64,000 nucleotides of DNA, taken from the NCBI GenBank assembly GCA_051006995.1, contig JBPCSQ010000022.1, forward strand, positions 8,047 to 72,046, read 5' to 3'. The notes below the pieces were generated by a model. That model was not told the DNA's origin. It worked only from the letters and a program-made list of their open reading frames with translations, and searched no databases. The translations under genes and the position numbers were made by a program. Shown here one piece after another: positions 53,515 to 61,178 of this stretch. The stretch's first letter is position 1; every line of letters begins with the position of its first letter. Source of the stretch: Terriglobales bacterium. Its GTDB lineage: Bacteria; Acidobacteriota; Terriglobia; Terriglobales; Acidobacteriaceae.

Positions 53515-56493
53515 GTGCGATCGCGGACGCGTAGTTGGGCCCTTGTCCTCGCCGGGCTGCTGATTTCGGCATTATCGTCATCGTTGCTCGGCCAAACCGG
53601 GCCGACCGCCACGCCACAGCAAGCTCCACGCACCGCTCCTCAAACCAGGGAAGTGCTGCCGTCGTACGAGGGGCAGCACGTCACCACCGTCGAACTGGCC
53701 GGCCAGCCCGAACTCGACATGCGGCCGCTGCAGTCACTGGTCGCCCAGAAGGCGAACCAGCCCTTCTCACAAGACAAGGTCAACCAGACCATCCGGGCGC
53801 TCACGAAGCTGAAGCGCTTCCAGGCGGTGGAGTTGGAAGTCCGCCCGGAAGCGAAGGGAGTGCGCGTGCTGTTTGTGCTGCAGCCGGCGGTGTATTTCGG
53901 CATTTACGAATTTCCCGGCGCGGTGCAGAAGTATCCGTACTCCCGGCTGCTGCAAGTGGCGGATTATCCGCCGCGCGGGGCCTACACTCCGGTGGATGTG
54001 CGCGACGCGCAGGATGCTCTCACCAGATTCTTTCAGCGTGCAGGCTATTTCGAGAACGAAGTTTTACCCCAGGTTCTGGTAGACCGGCAAAACGGGCTCG
54101 CCAACGTGACCTTCCATGTCACATTGAACCGGCGGGCAAAGTTCGGCAATGTGCACATCAACGGCGCCACGCCGCAGGAAACCGAGCGCCTGACCTCCAA
54201 GCTGCATTCGTGGATCGCCCGCCTGCGGTCCTCGGCCATCATTCCCGGCAAGACGTTTAATCCGACCACGCTGCGCAACGGCACGCAATACATCAATAAA
54301 GCGCTCATGAAGGAGGGGTTTCTCGGCGCCGAGGTGAACCTGGTAGGCGCGGAGTACGACCCGAAGACCAATCGTGCCGATATCAGCTACAACGTTCGCA
54401 CCGGGTCGAAGGTGGAAGTCAAAGTCGAGGGCGCGCGCCTTTGGCCATGGACGAAAAAGAAAGAGCTGCCCGTGTTTCAGCAGGCGGGGATCGATCCAGA
54501 GATCATCCAGGAAGGCCGCGCCAACCTGCAGTCCTATTTCCAGTCCAAGGGATTCTTTGACGCCAATGTAAGGGTCACCGAGCAGCAGCAATCGGGAAAA
54601 GATAGCATCGTTTACCAAATTACGAAGGGCCCACGCCACAAAGTAGCGGGTGTTGCGATTGCCGGCAACGATCACATCTCGGAGGACGTGCTGGAGAAGG
54701 GAATTACGGTCGAGAAGGGTCATTTCTTCTCGCACGGCAAGTACAGCGACAAGCTGGTGCACAAGAGCGTGAAGAACTTGGAGGCCGTGTACAAGGCGGA
54801 GGGATACAGCTCGGTCAAGATCGTTCCTCAGGTCACCAACACGGCGGGAAATATCCGGGTCACGTTCCGCGTGAACGAAGGTCCGCAGGACGTGGTGGAG
54901 GCGCTGCGCGTGGAAGGCAACAACACGCAGCCCATGGCGAACCTCCTGCCGGGCGGCCCGAGGCTCGCTCCGGGGCAGGCGTATTCGCAGAAGCACGTTG
55001 ACGAGGATCGCAACCACATCCTGGCGAAATATCTGAACCTCGGCTACCTGAACGCCAGCTTTCGCGAGACCGCCGCCACGGTAAACAAGGACCCGCACCG
55101 GCTGGCGGTGGTGTACCACATCACGGAAGGCCCCCAGGTGCACATCGCCAACGTGGTAACGCTGGGCCGCCGGGTCACCAGGCAGACGCTGGTTTCCCGC
55201 AGCATCAGCGATCTCGAGCCGCGGCGGCCATTGCGGGAGAGCACGCTGCTCTCCAACGAGAGCGAGCTTTACAACGCCGGCATCTTCGATTGGGCGGAGA
55301 TTGATCCGCGGCGGACCATCACCACGCAGAACCAGGAAGACGTACTGGTCAAGGTGCACGAATCCAAGCGCAACTCGATTACCTACGGCGGCGGTTTTGA
55401 GGTCATCAACCGTGGCGGCAGCCTGCCCAGCGGAACCGTGGCCGTGCCGGGGCTGGCGCCGGTGGGCTTGAGCAAGCAATTCCAGACCAGCGAAAAAACC
55501 TTCTATGGTCCGCGCGGCAACTTCCAGTACACCAGGAAGAACATCCGCGGGAAAGCTGAGACGCTCACGCTGTCGGGACTCGCCGGGCGGCTGGATCAGC
55601 GGGGCAGCGTTAACTTCATGGACCCGCATTTCCGCTACACCAACTGGCAGTCCACCTTCTCCCTCTCCGGCGAACACAACAGCCAGAACCCGATCTTCAC
55701 CTCGCGCCTGGCGGAGGCGGGATGGCAGTTGCAGCGTCCCCTCAACCCCGACAAGACCACCAACTTGTTTGTGCGCTACAGCTTCCGTGAAACCGGGATC
55801 ACGCGGCTGCTGATTCCAGACTTGATTCCATCTTCGGACCGGCACGTCCGTCTGTCTACGGTTTCGAGCACGCTGGTTCGCGACACGCGCGACAACATCC
55901 TGGACGCGCACAAGGGTCTCTATCAAACCGTCGAATTCGACCTCAACCCATCGGCGCTGGGTTCCTCGGTTAGCTTTGCCAAGATGCTCGGCCAGGTCGC
56001 TTACTACAAGAAGGTCAAGTTCAACACCATCTGGGCAAACAGTATGCGGGTGGGAACTGAGCAGCCGTTTGCCGGCAGCCATGTTCCCATCAGCGAGGCG
56101 TTTTTCTCCGGCGGTGGAAGCACGCTTCGTGGCTTTCCGCTGAATGGCGCGGGACCGCAGCGCACCATCCAGGCCTGCGGGACCACCGGCTGCTTCCCGA
56201 TGGTGGTGCCGGTCGGAGGCAAGCAACTCGCAATCCTGAACTCCGAGTTCCGCATTCCAGTGCCGCTCGATTTGCCGCTAGTGGACAAAAAGCTGAGCAT
56301 CGTGCCGTTCTACGATGGCGGCAACGTATTCCAGCACATCGGCTTTCACGGGCAGTGGACGAATACCATTGGCGGCGGAATCCGCTATGAGACTCCCGTC
56401 GGTCCAGTGCGGCTGGACATCGGCCACAACTTGAACGCGCCGCCTGGAATCAAAACCACACAGATCTTCGTCACGCTGGGACAAGCCTTTTGA
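53515..56493 (+). CDS. Omp85-family outer membrane protein assembly factor (BamA/TamA-like, extended POTRA region)
   Basis: 992 aa with a signal peptide, repeated POTRA-like modules and a C-terminal Omp85 barrel (GGGSTLRGF...RLDIGHNL...FVTLGQAF). The start is GTG. Confidence 0.8.
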   Translation: MRSRTRSWALVLAGLLISALSSSLLGQTGPTATPQQAPRTAPQTREVLPSYEGQHVTTVELAGQPELDMRPLQSLVAQKANQPFSQDKVNQTIRALTKLKRFQAVELEVRPEAKGVRVLFVLQPAVYFGIYEFPGAVQKYPYSRLLQVADYPPRGAYTPVDVRDAQDALTRFFQRAGYFENEVLPQVLVDRQNGLANVTFHVTLNRRAKFGNVHINGATPQETERLTSKLHSWIARLRSSAIIPGKTFNPTTLRNGTQYINKALMKEGFLGAEVNLVGAEYDPKTNRADISYNVRTGSKVEVKVEGARLWPWTKKKELPVFQQAGIDPEIIQEGRANLQSYFQSKGFFDANVRVTEQQQSGKDSIVYQITKGPRHKVAGVAIAGNDHISEDVLEKGITVEKGHFFSHGKYSDKLVHKSVKNLEAVYKAEGYSSVKIVPQVTNTAGNIRVTFRVNEGPQDVVEALRVEGNNTQPMANLLPGGPRLAPGQAYSQKHVDEDRNHILAKYLNLGYLNASFRETAATVNKDPHRLAVVYHITEGPQVHIANVVTLGRRVTRQTLVSRSISDLEPRRPLRESTLLSNESELYNAGIFDWAEIDPRRTITTQNQEDVLVKVHESKRNSITYGGGFEVINRGGSLPSGTVAVPGLAPVGLSKQFQTSEKTFYGPRGNFQYTRKNIRGKAETLTLSGLAGRLDQRGSVNFMDPHFRYTNWQSTFSLSGEHNSQNPIFTSRLAEAGWQLQRPLNPDKTTNLFVRYSFRETGITRLLIPDLIPSSDRHVRLSTVSSTLVRDTRDNILDAHKGLYQTVEFDLNPSALGSSVSFAKMLGQVAYYKKVKFNTIWANSMRVGTEQPFAGSHVPISEAFFSGGGSTLRGFPLNGAGPQRTIQACGTTGCFPMVVPVGGKQLAILNSEFRIPVPLDLPLVDKKLSIVPFYDGGNVFQHIGFHGQWTNTIGGGIRYETPVGPVRLDIGHNLNAPPGIKTTQIFVTLGQAF

Positions 56494-59400
56494 GCGCCGC
56501 GCCGCAATTTCCGCATGACTTTCGCCAGCCGCAGGAGCCGCCGCGTCCGCCGCACCGCCGCGCATGGTGGAAACGCGTGCTTGGGTGGACTGCCGCGATC
56601 ATCGCCGCGCTGATCGTGCTGGTGGTCATCGCGCTAGTGGTTCTGCTGCGCACCAGCGCAGGCCAGCGATACGTGCTGCGCACGGTGCAGGAAAAGGTCA
56701 CGGCGGCGCTGGGCACAAACGTTCGCATCGGCAGCTACGGCCTGCACTTCTCCGGGATCAGCCCGACCGTAGACTTGAACAATGTGGTGGTCGCGGGCGC
56801 ACCGCCCTATACCACTCCGCCGTTGCTGACCGTGGACCGCCTTCATGTTTCGGTGCAGATTGTGTCCCTGCTGAGCCAGAAGTGGTACCTGCAGGACATC
56901 GCAATCACCCATCCGGTGGCGCATGTTTTCGTGGATGCGCACGGCACCGACAACTTGCCTCAGACGAAGAGCAACCAGAGCAGCAACCAGACCAGCATCT
57001 TTGATCTTGGCGTCCGTCATGCGCTGCTCGACCGCGGTGAGGTTTACTACAACAATCGCAAAAGCGTGCTCGACGCCGATCTGCACGATGTGAATTTCCA
57101 GTCGGCATTCGACACCGCGAACCGCGCCTATTCCGGCACTCTGAGCTATCGCAACGGCCATCTGAAGATGGAGAACTTCAACCCGTTGCCGCACGCCATG
57201 GACGCGCAGTTCGTCGCCACTCCGACAGCATTCACTCTCAAACGGGCGGTGCTGACGAGCGGCGCGTCGCAGTTCATCCTGACGGCCACGCTTCAGGATT
57301 ACGCTCACCCCAAACTGCGCGCGCAGTACCAGGCGACGGTGAATTCCGGCGAGATCCGCCGGATCCTGAAGAACAATGCGCTGCCCAGCGGTGAGATCCA
57401 CGCGGCGGGTTCCCTGGACTATGCGGCGAAGCCCGATGTGCCCATGCTCGCCGCCGTGGTGCTGAACGGCACCATCAATAGCGATGCGCTGCACGTCACT
57501 ACGCCAAGCTTTCGCGGCGATATTCGCAATATTGTCGCGGCCTACACGGTGAATCATGGCAACGCCGATATCCGCAATCTGCACGCCAACCTGCTCGGGG
57601 GCGCGCTGACCGGGGCGCTAACCATCCGCGATCTCGCGGGAGCTTCACGTTCGCACCTGACGGCGGCACTGAAAGGCGTGTCGCTGGCCGACCTGAAATC
57701 CATGATGAATTCGCCGGCCATGCGCCAGGTGGCGCTCACGGGCTCGGTAGACGCGAATGCCGACGCAACCTGGGGCAAGACCATGGACGACATGGTCGCC
57801 CGTGCCGACGCCACCCTCCATGCCGGCGTGGCGCCCGCCACCCAGGCCGGCAACTCGGTTCCAGTGAACGGCGTGGTGCACGCCCGCTACGCGGCTGCGA
57901 GCAAGGAAATCTCGCTGGCCGACAGCTACCTGCGCCTGCCGCAGACCTCGCTGACATTCGACGGAACCGTGAGTGAACGCTCGGCGCTGGCCGTCCGCCT
58001 GCAATCCAATGATCTCAACGAGCTGGAGACGATTGCCGATGAATTCCGCGCGCCCGGATCGGCGCCGTTTGGGCTATACGGCCAGGCCTCCTTCAATGGA
58101 AACGTGCGCGGTTCCACGGCAGCGCCGCAGATGAGCGGGCAACTGATCGCTACGAACCTGCGGGTGAAAGGAAGCGCGTGGCGGCTGCTGCGCACCAACA
58201 TTGAGGCCAGCCCGTCCTTCGCCAGCCTGCAGAATGGCGAGCTCGATGCCGTGCAGCGCGGCCGCGTCACCTTCAATCTCAGGACCGGGCTGCGCAAGTG
58301 GGCGTTCACCGAGACCAGCCCCATTGAAGTCAGCCTGAATGCTTCACAGCTGAATGCCGCTGATCTCGCCAGGGCGGCGGGAACGACGACGCCGGTCTCC
58401 GGGACGCTCTCGGCCAAAGTTTCGCTGCAGGGTACGGAGCTGAACCCGGTTGGGCAGGGGCAACTCACCCTCGCGGACGCCAAGATTTCTGGGCAGCCGG
58501 TGCAATCGCTGAACGCCAATTTCAATGGCAACGGCGATATCGTCCACGCGAATATGACCGTACACCTACCGGCAGGCCGTGCCGATGCGGTGCTTACCTA
58601 TTTGCCCCGGCAGCAGGGATACGATGCCCAACTCCGCGCCGTCGGCATTCGACTGGCGCAACTGCAGGCCATCAAGGACCGCAATCTTGACCTGCAGGGC
58701 GTGCTCAACATCACAGCAAACGGCCATGGCACGCTGAAGGACCCAGGCCTGAACGCCAGCCTGCAAATCCCCAAGCTCACCATGCACGGGCAGACAGTCA
58801 GCGGGCTTTCCCTGCAAGCCGCTGTGGCGAATCATGTGGCCAACGTCGCTCTGGACTCATCGGTCATCAATACGCAAATCCATGGTCGCGGGCGGATCGC
58901 GCTGACCGGCAACTACGAGACTAATGCCACGCTGGACACGCAGCCCATCCAACTGGAGCCGCTGGTGGCCTTGGCTGCTCCGTCGCAGGCGGGCAACATC
59001 AAGGGGCAAACGGAACTGCACGCGACGGTACGCGGACCACTGAAAGACAAGAAGCTGCTGGCCGCCCAGGTGGTCATCCCAACCTTACAGGTGAACTTTA
59101 AGAATACGGTGCAAATTGGTGCAGTACAGCCGATTCACCTTGATTATGCCAATGGAGTCTTGCAGCTTCAGCGCGGCGCCCTACGCGGCACCGACACCGA
59201 CCTTCAGTTTCAGGGTACGGTGCCCGTAGCGAGCAGTCAGCCGATGTCGCTGCTGCTGCAGGGGATCGTGGACCTGCAATTGGCCCAGCTCATGAATCCG
59301 GACATCAGCAGCTCGGGCCAGCTTCGCTTCAACATCAACTCCTACGGCCGGCGTGCCAACCCCGACGTGCAGGGGCAGATCAACATCGTGAATGCCAGCT

Positions 59401-60503
59401 TCGCAACCGGCGACGTGCCGCTGGGATTGCAGAACGGCAATGGGGTCCTGACGCTAACCAAGGACCGCCTGGACATTACGCACTTCACCGGCAACGTGGG
59501 TGGCGGCGAGGTCACGATGAGCGGTGGCGTCGTCTATCGCCCCGCGATCGGATTCCAGCTTGCCATGAAGAGCGAGCGGGTACGCCTGCTGTATGAAGGA
59601 GTGCGCGCGACGGTTGGGAGCGACCTGGCGCTGACCGGTTCCACCGACCTAGCACAGCTACGCGGGCAGGTGCGCGTTATGCAACTGCAATTCGCGCCGG
59701 ATTTCGATATTCAGGAGTTCATGGGATCGCTGGGCGGCGGGGCATCGGTGCCGCCGCCGACCTCCGGCTTCAGCAATGCGCTGCGGATGGATGTCGGGCT
59801 GGTGTCGTCCACCGGCATCAACCTCGTCAGCCGGACCTTGAGCGTGGCCGGCAACGCAAACCTGCGGATTACCGGCACCGCGGCGCAGCCTGTTATTTTG
59901 GGACGCGTGAACCTCAATGGCGGCGATCTGATTTTCAACGGCAACCGCTACACGCTGCAGCAGGCGACGCTGGATTTCGTTAACCCATCGCAAACCCAAC
60001 CGGTGGTGAACGCGCAGATAAACACTACCATTCAGCAGTACAACGTCCAGATGCACTTCTGGGGCCCGGCCGACCACCTGCACACCAGCTACTCGTCGGA
60101 CCCGGCGCTGCCTCCCAGCGACATCATCAACCTGGTGGCGTTCGGCAAGACGAGCGAGTCCGCTGCCGCGAACCCGTCACCGCCGGGACAGCTGGGCGCC
60201 GAATCGCTGGTCGCGAACCAGGTAAGCAGCCAGGTCACCAGCCGCGTATCCAAAGTAGCGGGCATCTCGCAGCTCTCCGTGGATCCACTCATGGGCTGCG
60301 ACCAGCAGAGCCGCGGCGCCTGTGTGACTATCCAGCAGCGCGTCACCAGCAAGATTTTCGTTACCTTCGGGACCGATGTCACCTCGACGCAACGCGACAC
60401 CATCAAGCTGGAATACCAGAAGAGCCGCCGCGTCTCCTTCAGCGGCACCCGCGACCAGAACGGCGGGTTCGGCTTTGACACGCGCATTCACAAAGACTGG
60501 TAA
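56490..60503 (+). CDS. tamB: TamB-like translocation and assembly module protein (AsmA/DUF490 family)
   Basis: 1337 aa with an N-terminal TM anchor, a long beta-rich repetitive body, and a conserved C-terminal region (ISQLSVDP...IKLEYQ). The TTG start overlaps the Omp85 stop. Confidence 0.75.
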   Translation: MSAAPQFPHDFRQPQEPPRPPHRRAWWKRVLGWTAAIIAALIVLVVIALVVLLRTSAGQRYVLRTVQEKVTAALGTNVRIGSYGLHFSGISPTVDLNNVVVAGAPPYTTPPLLTVDRLHVSVQIVSLLSQKWYLQDIAITHPVAHVFVDAHGTDNLPQTKSNQSSNQTSIFDLGVRHALLDRGEVYYNNRKSVLDADLHDVNFQSAFDTANRAYSGTLSYRNGHLKMENFNPLPHAMDAQFVATPTAFTLKRAVLTSGASQFILTATLQDYAHPKLRAQYQATVNSGEIRRILKNNALPSGEIHAAGSLDYAAKPDVPMLAAVVLNGTINSDALHVTTPSFRGDIRNIVAAYTVNHGNADIRNLHANLLGGALTGALTIRDLAGASRSHLTAALKGVSLADLKSMMNSPAMRQVALTGSVDANADATWGKTMDDMVARADATLHAGVAPATQAGNSVPVNGVVHARYAAASKEISLADSYLRLPQTSLTFDGTVSERSALAVRLQSNDLNELETIADEFRAPGSAPFGLYGQASFNGNVRGSTAAPQMSGQLIATNLRVKGSAWRLLRTNIEASPSFASLQNGELDAVQRGRVTFNLRTGLRKWAFTETSPIEVSLNASQLNAADLARAAGTTTPVSGTLSAKVSLQGTELNPVGQGQLTLADAKISGQPVQSLNANFNGNGDIVHANMTVHLPAGRADAVLTYLPRQQGYDAQLRAVGIRLAQLQAIKDRNLDLQGVLNITANGHGTLKDPGLNASLQIPKLTMHGQTVSGLSLQAAVANHVANVALDSSVINTQIHGRGRIALTGNYETNATLDTQPIQLEPLVALAAPSQAGNIKGQTELHATVRGPLKDKKLLAAQVVIPTLQVNFKNTVQIGAVQPIHLDYANGVLQLQRGALRGTDTDLQFQGTVPVASSQPMSLLLQGIVDLQLAQLMNPDISSSGQLRFNINSYGRRANPDVQGQINIVNASFATGDVPLGLQNGNGVLTLTKDRLDITHFTGNVGGGEVTMSGGVVYRPAIGFQLAMKSERVRLLYEGVRATVGSDLALTGSTDLAQLRGQVRVMQLQFAPDFDIQEFMGSLGGGASVPPPTSGFSNALRMDVGLVSSTGINLVSRTLSVAGNANLRITGTAAQPVILGRVNLNGGDLIFNGNRYTLQQATLDFVNPSQTQPVVNAQINTTIQQYNVQMHFWGPADHLHTSYSSDPALPPSDIINLVAFGKTSESAAANPSPPGQLGAESLVANQVSSQVTSRVSKVAGISQLSVDPLMGCDQQSRGACVTIQQRVTSKIFVTFGTDVTSTQRDTIKLEYQKSRRVSFSGTRDQNGGFGFDTRIHKDW

Positions 60504-60613
60504 AGCAGATCAGACACCAAGGCTGCACCGAGGAAAAGAACATTACAAAAGCATTCCTCGATCAGTTTTCCCGGTCAGCCTCGGTGTGCACCGAGTCTCG
60601 GTGGTGAATGGAA

Positions 60614-61048
60614 TTACTTGCCAATCCCGAGCAATTCGACGTCGAAGATCAGCTCGGCATTGGGCGGGATTACGCCGCCGGCGCCGCGCGATCCATAGCC
60701 CAACGATGCCGGGATGTGGAGCTGGCGCTTGCCGCCGACCTTCATCCCCGCGACACCTTCGTCCCAGCCTTTGATGACCTCGCCGGCGCCAAGCTTGAAG
60801 TCAAATGGCCCACGGCCAATCGAGCTGTCGAACTTTTTGCCGTTGGTCAACCAGCCGGTGTAATTGACCTTCACCTTATCGCCAGCTTTGGCTGCGGCGC
60901 CGGTGCCTTCCTTGATGTCCCAGTACTTCAATCCATCGGCGGTAGTGACGCCCTTACCTTCGACCTTGGTTGGGGCGCTGTTGCTCTGCGCAAATACCAT
61001 TCCGACCACAAACAGCAACGTCAACATGCTGCATACCAGTTTGATCAC
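60614..61048 (-). CDS. Secreted FKBP-type peptidyl-prolyl cis-trans isomerase
   Basis: It has a signal peptide and the FKBP core ([16 protein letters not shown]...[15 protein letters not shown]...[14 protein letters not shown]). Confidence 0.88.
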   Translation of the reverse strand: MIKLVCSMLTLLFVVGMVFAQSNSAPTKVEGKGVTTADGLKYWDIKEGTGAAAKAGDKVKVNYTGWLTNGKKFDSSIGRGPFDFKLGAGEVIKGWDEGVAGMKVGGKRQLHIPASLGYGSRGAGGVIPPNAELIFDVELLGIGK

Positions 61049-61178
61049 GCGGTTCTCTCCTTATGGCAATCCTAAGACGCTAACACCCCGCGGCGGGATG
61101 CGCCACTACCGCCGGCGAGTTTGGGACAGGTCAACGGGCAAGGTACAATCCTCGTTTTGCGATAGATCGCCGGGGTGA

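Noticed and set aside
54064-56226. 720-aa ORF on the - strand
   Set aside because: It is antisense to the Omp85 gene, which has clear POTRA/barrel features. It is a shadow frame.
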